A DNA stretch of 32,000 nt from Promethearchaeota archaeon (GTDB lineage: Archaea > Asgardarchaeota > Lokiarchaeia > Sigyniarchaeales > Promethearchaeaceae): NCBI GenBank assembly GCA_016933055.1, contig JAFGBS010000009.1, positions 180,001 to 212,000 on the forward strand, in the 5' to 3' direction. Below, piece after piece: positions 19,782 to 27,754 of this stretch; the first letter of the stretch is position 1, and each line of letters opens with the position of its first letter. The notes under the pieces are model-generated. The model saw nothing but the letters and a program-made list of their open reading frames with translations. It did not search any database and was not told the origin of the DNA. Both the position numbers and the translations under genes were made by a program.

Positions 19782-20199
19782 CTGATAGTTCCTCTTCATC
19801 CTCTTCGTCTGATGCATCATTTTCTAAAACAATTTTCTCTTTTTGATTGTCATGTTCTTCAGTAATACGCCAATAGATATCATCTATTAACCATTCTCCG
19901 TCAATCTGTACAAGATGGCATAATGTTCTACCACTTTTATTCAAAACAAGCTTGACATGCTTTTCGGGAATTTCATATGATTCCCCTTCTTTCAACACCT
20001 TAGATAGATCTTGATCGATAGCATCAGTGTCAATTGGAATTCGCTTAAAAAGTTCGATGGCTTTTTGAAAACTTTCAATCGTCAACTCTTTTTGAATTCT
20101 AGGCGTCATCAATGAAAAAAATGTATCATAATCATTTGTATACAATGCTTGAATCTGTTTTTCAAAAACATCGATTGCAGCATTGATGATTTCACTCAT
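19774..20199 (-). CDS. Small hypothetical protein, possibly NTF2/DUF3887-like alpha+beta fold, with acidic tail
   Basis: The pattern F..Q..AL...DYDTFFSLMT ... LV.IDGEWLID resembles NTF2-like domains; the tail is ENDASDEEDEEELSDE. The ATG at 20199 has a TATA-like box about 26 nt upstream. Fold call is tentative. Confidence 0.6.
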   Translation of the reverse strand: MSEIINAAIDVFEKQIQALYTNDYDTFFSLMTPRIQKELTIESFQKAIELFKRIPIDTDAIDQDLSKVLKEGESYEIPEKHVKLVLNKSGRTLCHLVQIDGEWLIDDIYWRITEEHDNQKEKIVLENDASDEEDEEELSDE

Positions 20200-20277
20200 A
20201 CTTGTTATCGTATCATACTTGTAATATAATTTTTCTCTCAGCTTATTTTTATAAACCTGCTGGAAGAGATGATCTAT
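20200..20277. promoter_or_regulatory. Divergent promoter pair with TATA-like boxes
   Basis: TTTATAAA at 20248-20255 is centred about 27 nt upstream of the ATG at 20278 (+). TTATATTA on the minus strand (20222-20229) is centred about 26 nt upstream of the ATG at 20199 (-). Confidence 0.5.
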
Positions 20278-22260
20278 ATGAAGAAATTCTCTCAAGAAAA
20301 TTCCATTCCAGAAATTTCAATAGTAGATTCTTTCTGGGATTATTGGTCCCGCACAAACTTAAATGCGCTGTATTATCAGTGGGAGCAATTAGAAAAAACG
20401 CATTGTATTGAGAATTTCCGCATTGCAATAGGGAAATCAGATAGTTTTCGTGAGGGATGGTTTTTTTCTGATTCTGATGCATATAAATGGTTGGACGCAG
20501 CAGGAAGATATTATAGTACTAATCCCCGACCAGAATTACTGCATCTTATCCAAGAATTTTTATTTTTAATTCAGCGAGCGCAGATGGAGGATGGTTATTT
20601 ATACACCTACAACCAAATTTTCTTTCCCTCGAATAGATGGGTAAATTTATGGATCGAACATGAGCTTTATTGCTTAGGACATCTCATTGAAGCTATAATT
20701 TCAGTTTCACAAGCATTAAATGATGAAAAAATTTTAGATGTTGCTATCAAGGCTGCAGATCTTATCGTTCAAGAATTTTTGGGAAAGGACGGCAATTATA
20801 TTCCCGGTCATCAAGAGATTGAACTTGCATTGCTCAAACTCTATAAAATCACTAATAATCAAAATTACTTGAATTTAGGATCCCACTTTTTAAATATTCG
20901 AGGAGATATAAAACAAATTGCCTGGAAACTATTCCGACAGAACTTATCCGTAAATTCAAGGAAAAAATACGTAGAAAAGCAAAGAAAACAATTTTTTCAA
21001 GAACATCCTCAAGCGCATCAAGTGCAGCTCCCTGCCCATGTGCAGTTTAATTATTCATTAGGAATGGTGATTAGATGGATCTATCAAACTTTATCAGGTA
21101 AATATCAACAGCAGCATACACTTTTGCAAAACCAATTGACTCCTGAGGGTCATGCAGTTCGATTTAGTTATACCCATGCAGCCATCGCAATGCTGCACTC
21201 TCTTCTTCCCCGTTCACCTTTGTTTAAAGCAAGTAGCTCAGCTTGGGACCACATGGTGCAAAAGCGAATGTTTGTAACAGGAGGATTAGGTTCTATTCCG
21301 ATGGTTGAGGGTTTTGGACATGATTATGAATTAAATGGATCCTATGCTTACTGTGAAACATGTGCTGCAGTAGGTTCTGTCTTGTGGAATTGGGAAATGA
21401 GTAAAATTACTCATGATGCGAAATTCAGCGAATTATTAGAATGGCAATTGTATAATTCCGTTTTAGGAGGTATGGGAACAGATGGTTCGACCTATTTGTA
21501 TCGCAATCCCCCCTTGTCTAAAGGCGTTCTCCAACGAGTGCCTTGGTATCAAGTTCCGTGTTGTCCTAGCAATATCTCCCGGTTACTTGCAGATATCAGA
21601 AAATATATCTATGATGTAGATCCTCTAAATTTTAAAACCCTTTATATTAATCAATATTTCAGTAACACTGTAAAATTTCCCTTCAAACCCTCCATACAGG
21701 CCTCAATTCATTCTAAAATTCCTTGGGGGGGAAATGTCTCAATTAATATAAAACTCACAGCCCCATGGACATTCGATTTGCATATTCGGATTCCTGGATG
21801 GACAAAAAATCCAAAAATATTCATAAATGAAGAAGAAGTAAATTTCTTTCCTTCTAAATCCTCGATTCGTACAGCTTCGGGATGTTCTCCTTATGAGGGG
21901 AAATATCTAAAAATAAGTAGAACGTGGGATGCGAACAATACTGTACAACTTGATTTTCCTATGTGTGTAAATAAATTACGCGCTCATGAAAAGGTGAAAT
22001 CAAATCGAGGAAAGATTGCTCTTACAAGAGGTCCATTGGTATACTGCATTGAAAGTATTGATAATCCTAATCAAGATATCTTTCGATTACAAGTGGATCC
22101 GACTCAGAAATTCTCAACAGAAAAATTATCAATACACAATTATGATGTGATTGCTCTCAAAGGGATTTCTTTCGATGGAGAAGAAGTGACTGCGATTCCA
22201 TTTTATTGTTGGGGAAATCGGGGAAAGTCAGAAATGGTGGTCTGGATTAATTCTTATTAA
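20269..22260 (+). CDS. Glycoside hydrolase family 127 (beta-L-arabinofuranosidase, HypBA1-like)
   Basis: DSDAYKWL.A, HELYC.GHL.EA, GHQEIELAL.KLY, GHAVR, EGF acid/base region, YCETCAA and PCCPSN (Zn-Cys/Glu site). The true start may be the ATG at 20278. Confidence 0.93.
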   Translation: MIYMKKFSQENSIPEISIVDSFWDYWSRTNLNALYYQWEQLEKTHCIENFRIAIGKSDSFREGWFFSDSDAYKWLDAAGRYYSTNPRPELLHLIQEFLFLIQRAQMEDGYLYTYNQIFFPSNRWVNLWIEHELYCLGHLIEAIISVSQALNDEKILDVAIKAADLIVQEFLGKDGNYIPGHQEIELALLKLYKITNNQNYLNLGSHFLNIRGDIKQIAWKLFRQNLSVNSRKKYVEKQRKQFFQEHPQAHQVQLPAHVQFNYSLGMVIRWIYQTLSGKYQQQHTLLQNQLTPEGHAVRFSYTHAAIAMLHSLLPRSPLFKASSSAWDHMVQKRMFVTGGLGSIPMVEGFGHDYELNGSYAYCETCAAVGSVLWNWEMSKITHDAKFSELLEWQLYNSVLGGMGTDGSTYLYRNPPLSKGVLQRVPWYQVPCCPSNISRLLADIRKYIYDVDPLNFKTLYINQYFSNTVKFPFKPSIQASIHSKIPWGGNVSINIKLTAPWTFDLHIRIPGWTKNPKIFINEEEVNFFPSKSSIRTASGCSPYEGKYLKISRTWDANNTVQLDFPMCVNKLRAHEKVKSNRGKIALTRGPLVYCIESIDNPNQDIFRLQVDPTQKFSTEKLSIHNYDVIALKGISFDGEEVTAIPFYCWGNRGKSEMVVWINSY

Positions 22261-23228
22261 ATGATTTCATCAACAGTGATCATTTTATCCCCTTTTCCGT
22301 TTAAAATCTCACCACTGCCATCATCATATTCCAAGAAATAACCTTTATTCTGTATTCGACCAAAGTAGGGGGATGTGCTAAAAATATGAATAAGCACGTT
22401 ATCCCAAAGTACCTTACCTCCCTCTTTAACCGTTTCATGCGCTCGAACGAGTCGTTTATAACCGTTGTTTTGAAGAAAATCAATAAGAGCGGCTTTGTTG
22501 AAATTATATATACCATAACCTCGAAAACTAGGGGTAAATTTTAGTAAGTTCTTATCTATTCCATTGACAGGATCATTCCACAAGAGCTGATATATCCCTT
22601 TTCCCAACTCTATTTCTGATTCTTCGGTATAATCAATAAATAGAGGAGTCCTTTTGGTATCGAGATGTTTCATTATTTCGGATACCTTTTCATGTCGATC
22701 GGGAAGGGGGATTCCTCCATGCACTGCTAAAGTTTTCCATCGAGTCCTGGCGACTAATGGGAGATGTGCATAGAGTAGCTGCAATAATAATTTGGGAAAA
22801 GTTCTGAAACCATGAATATTAACTAGTTCTTCTTTCAATCCGTACTTCTGGTTAATCTCAATATCTTCATGATTACCTTTTAGGGCAATGACTAGATATG
22901 GATATTTTTGTTCGTCAATGAAATCATTAACAATTCCGTATTTTGAATACCCTTCTGAGCGTGCAAATGCATCCATTACTTTTATTAGAGTTCTTAATTG
23001 CTCGGAACCCCGATCGACATAATCCCCTAAAAACACAATGGTGCTTACTTTTTTCTTATTTGCAATTGCAAATGCATTCTGCAAATCTTGATAATTCCCA
23101 TGAATATCACCCACATAGAGAACGGGACTTTTTTTTATATCTCTCAGAACTGGTTTATTTTTCAAATAGGGAATCACTAAATTGATAAAGTTTTCTAAAC
23201 TCTCTCTATCCATAGTGTGCCTGTCCAT
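22257..23228 (-). CDS. PPP-family Ser/Thr protein phosphatase (PP1-arch-like metallophosphoesterase)
   Basis: GDIHG, GDYVDRG, GNHE, HGG, LLWNDP, RAHE and FS motifs, all in the canonical order. Confidence 0.9.
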   Translation of the reverse strand: MDRHTMDRESLENFINLVIPYLKNKPVLRDIKKSPVLYVGDIHGNYQDLQNAFAIANKKKVSTIVFLGDYVDRGSEQLRTLIKVMDAFARSEGYSKYGIVNDFIDEQKYPYLVIALKGNHEDIEINQKYGLKEELVNIHGFRTFPKLLLQLLYAHLPLVARTRWKTLAVHGGIPLPDRHEKVSEIMKHLDTKRTPLFIDYTEESEIELGKGIYQLLWNDPVNGIDKNLLKFTPSFRGYGIYNFNKAALIDFLQNNGYKRLVRAHETVKEGGKVLWDNVLIHIFSTSPYFGRIQNKGYFLEYDDGSGEILNGKGDKMITVDEII

Positions 23229-23303
23229 ATATATTGGTTAAGCACAATAATTTATTATTACTCTTGATTACTAATGAAAGACAAAAGTTATTGGTAAGAA
23301 AAA

Positions 23304-24428
23304 ATGACAGAATTCAAACTGGATTTAAAACTACTGGAAAATCTATCTAATGCATTTGGTCCCTCCGGTTACGAAACAGAAGCACAAAAAATCGCACTTG
23401 AATATGGTAAGCTATATGCTGATGCAGTGGAATTTGATCGAACTGGATCCGTGATATTTAAGAAGGGATCATCTGGTCCGAAAATCATGTTAGCAGGTCA
23501 TGGGGACGAAATAGGATTTATAGTTTGTGGAATCGAAAAATCAGGATATTTAAGAATAAACAATTTGGGTGGGTGGTGGAGTCACTCCGTCCTTAGTCAG
23601 CAAGTATTGATTAGAACAATGGACGGTAAAAAAATAATTGGAATCATTATTGCACCTCCTCCTCATATCCTTCCTCCTGATAAGCGAGATAAGGTCATTC
23701 CTTTAGAAAAAATGTATATGGACGTAGGATGCAAATCCGAAAAAGAAGTGAAAGAACTTGGAATAAATATAGGTGATCCTGTTGTTCCAGTATCCACTTT
23801 CAGAATTGAGAAACGCACACGTATTAGTATCAAAGATAACAAGAAAAAAGAAGAAGTCCAACTTGCTATCGGCAAAGCATTCGATGACCGGATCGGTGTA
23901 TTTATAATACTCGAAGTGTTACGTCGTTTAAAACAAGAGGAAATTGATCACCCCAATATAGTGTATTGTGCCGCAACAACTCAAGAAGAAGTGGGACTAA
24001 GAGGTGCACGCACTGCAGCTAAGTTAATTGAACCCGATATTGGATTTTCATTGGATGTGGACGTTTCTGGCGACATACCTGGAGTACAAGATATCTCCCA
24101 AAAAATGGGAGAAGGTGTAGCCATTTCTGCAGGGGATGGATCAATGATTCCCAATCCCCGTTTCCGAAAATTTGTAATCGATATTGCAGAAAAACACAAA
24201 ATTAAATGGCAACCCGCATTTTTGCGTCGAGGAGGTACTGACGCAGGAGTAATTCATCTAACTGGTATAGGTGCACCGAGTTTATTTATAGGCATACCCA
24301 CAAGACATATCCATACCCATAATGGTATTCTCGACCTTTCCGATGTAGAAAATGCAATCAAATTGCTCGTAGAGGTTATTAAGGAATTGAATGAAAAAAC
24401 GGTAGAAAGCTTTACCAAATTAGAATAA
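23304..24428 (+). CDS. M42 family aminopeptidase (TET/FrvX type)
   Basis: GHGDEIG, GGWW, KAFDDR, QEEVGLRGA, GGTDAG and RHIHT metal-binding and catalytic motifs. Confidence 0.93.
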   Translation: MTEFKLDLKLLENLSNAFGPSGYETEAQKIALEYGKLYADAVEFDRTGSVIFKKGSSGPKIMLAGHGDEIGFIVCGIEKSGYLRINNLGGWWSHSVLSQQVLIRTMDGKKIIGIIIAPPPHILPPDKRDKVIPLEKMYMDVGCKSEKEVKELGINIGDPVVPVSTFRIEKRTRISIKDNKKKEEVQLAIGKAFDDRIGVFIILEVLRRLKQEEIDHPNIVYCAATTQEEVGLRGARTAAKLIEPDIGFSLDVDVSGDIPGVQDISQKMGEGVAISAGDGSMIPNPRFRKFVIDIAEKHKIKWQPAFLRRGGTDAGVIHLTGIGAPSLFIGIPTRHIHTHNGILDLSDVENAIKLLVEVIKELNEKTVESFTKLE

Positions 24429-24454
24429 ATACTTTAATCAACATCTATACTGTG

Positions 24455-24676
24455 ATACCCGAAAATCTTTCTACGTAGTACATAGTACTTAAGTTTAAGT
24501 ACGAATTTCTGTCAATTTGCCTGTCGGTGGATAGGTGGGTGTGGTTTTATAAAGTCGCATGATTCGCTTTCAGCTTTATTCACTCGTGCTACCCATTACC
24601 GTACTATCTACCCATACTTTTTACCTAAATACTATTTGCTTTTCGGGTATAAATTTGCAATAGATTGTCGAATTTA
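24455..24676 (+). ncRNA. Candidate structured non-coding RNA, family not recognised
   Basis: Perfect 11-bp closing stem 24455-24465/24640-24650. Nested helices 24526-24534/24604-24612, 24535-24541/24590-24596 and 24557-24562/24584-24589. Hairpins at 24485-24502 and 24650-24676. The non-Watson-Crick pairs in these stems are G-U on the + strand. Confidence 0.4.
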
Positions 24677-24760
24677 TTCTGGCTTGTATATTCGGTGGAA
24701 ATTTACGATAGTATTACGTTAATGCATTTACATAATCGCTTGATAGGGTAGAAAAGGCGT

Positions 24761-24792
24761 TTATTATTCTTCTTTTTTTAATTCGGATTTTT
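24761..24792 (+). terminator. T-rich tract, possible archaeal intrinsic terminator or promoter-proximal AT-rich region
   Basis: TTATTATTCTTCTTTTTTTAATTCGGATTTTTT lies downstream of the M42 gene and the candidate RNA. Confidence 0.3.
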
Positions 24793-24872
24793 TGATCAAA
24801 CCACTCTATTTACTTTTAAGAGATCTGGATAACTGTTCATTACCAATGGATCCACGGGGAAGTAGTAATCCG

Positions 24873-27185
24873 ATGTCGATAGAAAATATTTTACATGATC
24901 TAACTAAACAGCCCTTTTATGAAAATCAAATCATCCATATTGAGAATATTCCAAAAAAACCTCCGATTTATGGAGATTTACAGCACAATTTGCATCCAAA
25001 ACTACATGAATGGTTAATCAGCAATAAGTATGTACTATATTCTCATCAAACTGAAGCAATCGATTCGATTCTAGAAGGTAATAATGTGGTTCTAGTAACA
25101 AGTACTGCATCGGGCAAATCGTTAGCCTATAGTCTTCCTGTGCTACATTCTCTACTAAATAGACCGGACTCTTGTGCAATTTACTTATTTCCACAAAAAG
25201 CTTTAGCTCAAGATCAATACGAGAAATTGACTCAAATGATGGATTTTCTTGGAATCGATCGAAAATTTTCAGGAATTTATGATGGGGATACTTCCACAGA
25301 TGAAAAACGTCGTATTCGGCAAGAATCCCGGATCATTATCACTAATCCCTATGGATTCCATTACTACTTACCCTATAAAAATCTCTGGACGAGAGTATTC
25401 AGCAACTTGAAATACATTATTATTGATGAAATTTCAGTTTACCGTGGCATATTTGGATCGAATTTCGCTCAAGTAATACGCCGTTTTCTTCGAGTTCTCG
25501 CATCCTTTAACACATCCCCCACCTTTATTTTATGCAGCGCAACCATCAAAAATCCATTGGAAGTTGCTACAAAACTAACCGGGCAAGAATTTAAATTAAT
25601 AGATAGGGATGGATCTCCTGATCCCGGTCGTTATTTTGTGATGTGGGACCTTCCAATGGAGAAGAACTCGGATATATATAAATCAGCCCATTCTCAGACT
25701 CGATATCTCTTTAATTACATTGTTCAACATGACATGCAGACTCTAGCTTTTGTGCGATCCCGAAAAATGGCTGAACTAAATGCGTATTACTCCCGTATGT
25801 TCTTAGAAAGGGATAATAAACATGAGCTTATCGATCGTGTAATTAGTTATCGTGCAGGATTGAAGGCGGATGATCGTCGTAGAATCGAACAAGCGTTACG
25901 GGATCGAAATATTTTGGGAGTATATTCCACGACTGCATTGGAATTAGGAGTGGATATAGGATCATTGGATTGCACTATTTTATCGGGCTTTCCTGGCACA
26001 ATATCTTCCATGTGGCAGCAAATTGGTCGAGCGGGAAGATCTTATAATCCAGATACTGGAATTGAGTGTTTATCTTTTTTAATTCCTCTCCCCAATCCGC
26101 TGGACTTATATTATGTAAATAATCCTCACGAATTGATGTCCAAACCTCATGAAATTTGCCACATTAATTTAGATAATAAATATATCTTAGAAAATCATTT
26201 AAAATGCGCTGCAAAAGAAGCCCCTCTTACTGAAAAAGACGAAAAATTATTTGGAAAAGCCTTTTTAGAAGCAGTTGAATCCCTTGAAAAGAAAAAAATA
26301 GTAAAAAAACACGGGAAACGGTATTATTGGAATGGTATAGAGCAATTTCCTCCGAGAACAGTTTCATTGAATTCGATTCGAGAGAGTGATTTTCAAATCA
26401 TTATTGAACGGGATAAGGGGAGATCTACTCTTATAACTTATGAGGAACAATCCTATGTATATAAAGAATTACACGAAGGCGCCATTTACCTATATATGGC
26501 AGAACCTTATCGAGTACATGAGCTGGATTTGAAGAATAAAGTAGTAAAACTATCGAAAAATGAGGGAACGACCTATACGCGATCTCGAGTGATTACCGAT
26601 ATTTTACAAAGAGGGAAAGGAAAAAAAACCAAATCTGAAAATGGAATCAACGTTTATTACGGGGATGTAAGAGTATCTGAACAAGTGGTGGGATATGATA
26701 TAATTTCAATGGAGACCAATGAACGATTAGCGCGTAATTCTTTGAATTTACCCTCCATAGAGCTGGAAACAAAAGCAATATGGTTCTCGATTCCACCTGA
26801 GTATAAGCACCTCCTTGAAACAGAAGGCTATAACTTTGATGGCGCGATTCATGCTATAGAACATGCCGCAATCAGTATAACTCCATATTTTACCATGTGC
26901 GATAGATGGGATATAGGTGGTGTCTCTACACGAACAGGGTCACAAGAATTAGATGAATGGCCGGTAATTTATATCTATGATGGATTTGTTGGAGGAATTG
27001 GAATTGCAGAATCCTTGTATGATGTAATCTACGAACTCCTAAAAAAAACCTATATCTTAATTAGTACATGCAAATGCAAAAAAGCCTGTCCCGGATGTGT
27101 TATCTCCCCAAAATGTGGAAACAATAATCAACCATTGGATAAATATGGAGGAAAACGCTTATTAGAGCTTATTCTAAAAATTTAA
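24873..27185 (+). CDS. SF2 helicase of the Hrq1/MrfA/SftH family with C-terminal DUF1998 Zn domain
   Basis: Q motif LYSHQ, TASGKS, SAT, YRAG, TTALELGVDIG, QQIGRAGR, HAIEHA, IYIYDG..GGIG and CKC...CPGC...KC. Motif II reads DEIS. Start is probably 24873 (or 24846) rather than the TTG at 24792. Confidence 0.92.
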   Translation: MSIENILHDLTKQPFYENQIIHIENIPKKPPIYGDLQHNLHPKLHEWLISNKYVLYSHQTEAIDSILEGNNVVLVTSTASGKSLAYSLPVLHSLLNRPDSCAIYLFPQKALAQDQYEKLTQMMDFLGIDRKFSGIYDGDTSTDEKRRIRQESRIIITNPYGFHYYLPYKNLWTRVFSNLKYIIIDEISVYRGIFGSNFAQVIRRFLRVLASFNTSPTFILCSATIKNPLEVATKLTGQEFKLIDRDGSPDPGRYFVMWDLPMEKNSDIYKSAHSQTRYLFNYIVQHDMQTLAFVRSRKMAELNAYYSRMFLERDNKHELIDRVISYRAGLKADDRRRIEQALRDRNILGVYSTTALELGVDIGSLDCTILSGFPGTISSMWQQIGRAGRSYNPDTGIECLSFLIPLPNPLDLYYVNNPHELMSKPHEICHINLDNKYILENHLKCAAKEAPLTEKDEKLFGKAFLEAVESLEKKKIVKKHGKRYYWNGIEQFPPRTVSLNSIRESDFQIIIERDKGRSTLITYEEQSYVYKELHEGAIYLYMAEPYRVHELDLKNKVVKLSKNEGTTYTRSRVITDILQRGKGKKTKSENGINVYYGDVRVSEQVVGYDIISMETNERLARNSLNLPSIELETKAIWFSIPPEYKHLLETEGYNFDGAIHAIEHAAISITPYFTMCDRWDIGGVSTRTGSQELDEWPVIYIYDGFVGGIGIAESLYDVIYELLKKTYILISTCKCKKACPGCVISPKCGNNNQPLDKYGGKRLLELILKI

Positions 27186-27224
27186 CGCGACAAAATTTTT
27201 AGTCAATCCTACGTAGGTTTCCTA

Positions 27225-27731
27225 ATGATTCCACAGAAGATATTTTTTACCAAAGGCTATGGACACGGAATTAAAAAAATTCTTAGTTTTGAAAATGCCC
27301 TTCGTAGTGCCCAAATTTCTACTTATAATTTGGTTAAAGTGTCTTCCATTTTACCCCCTCACTGTGAAGAAATCTCACTAGAACAAGGAAAATATCTATT
27401 ACGACCCGGACAAATTGTGTATATAGTCTTATCGGAAAATACTAAATTTTATAATGCCAGTACTGAACCTACCAGTATATTTGCATCGATTGGGGTTGCC
27501 AAACCACGAGATCCGAGTTTTTACGGTTATCTGGGGGAATTTTCAGGGGAAAATGAAGATTTGGAGCATGTCAAACGGGAATCGCGTGATTTAGCCTATG
27601 AATTACTAATTTCTTCACGAAGCAAAGATCTTAATCTAGATATTGATACTTATGAACACACTGCCTATGCATTTGTAAATGAAAAGGATAAGTACACCAC
27701 TTGCATTGCTGCTGCTGTATTTGTTGAATAA
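27225..27731 (+). CDS. pdaD: Pyruvoyl-dependent arginine decarboxylase
   Basis: SFENALR.A.I..YNLVKVSSILPP (Ser-Ser self-cleavage site) and GYLGE. Confidence 0.9.
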   Translation: MIPQKIFFTKGYGHGIKKILSFENALRSAQISTYNLVKVSSILPPHCEEISLEQGKYLLRPGQIVYIVLSENTKFYNASTEPTSIFASIGVAKPRDPSFYGYLGEFSGENEDLEHVKRESRDLAYELLISSRSKDLNLDIDTYEHTAYAFVNEKDKYTTCIAAAVFVE

Positions 27732-27754
27732 TAGGATTAGATGGTGAACAAGAT

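Noticed and set aside
23810-23860. Basic insertion (KRTRISIKDNKKKEE) in the M42 peptidase before KAFDDR
   Set aside because: This is a variable surface loop in the family; the catalytic residues are intact and nothing suggests a new function.
24455-24650. The 11-bp inverted repeat read as the ends of a MITE
   Set aside because: No target-site duplication flanks it (TGTG on the left, AAAT on the right), no second copy or transposase is in the window, and the internal nested G-U helices fit an RNA better. A genome-wide copy search could revive it.
24559-24663. 34-codon ORF MIRFQLYSLVLPITV...
   Set aside because: No supporting homology or RBS; it overlaps the structured region. It cannot be excluded without ribosome profiling.
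24471-24672. HEARO/omega-RNA-like words CTACGT and ATTGTCGA
   Set aside because: The spacing looks too long, other conserved segments are missing, and there is no IscB/TnpB/HNH ORF nearby. Probably coincidence.
24549-24690. RNase P RNA or SRP RNA (AAAGTC ... CTGGCTT resemble P4 halves)
   Set aside because: The GAGGAA of CR-I and the ACAGAA of CR-V are absent and the P4 halves do not pair fully. No SRP helix-8 CAGG..GGAA..AGCAG motif is on either strand.
24689-24704. ORB-like word TTCGGTGGAAAT (replication origin)
   Set aside because: A single imperfect match with no G-string, no inverted partner and no cdc6/orc1 in the window.
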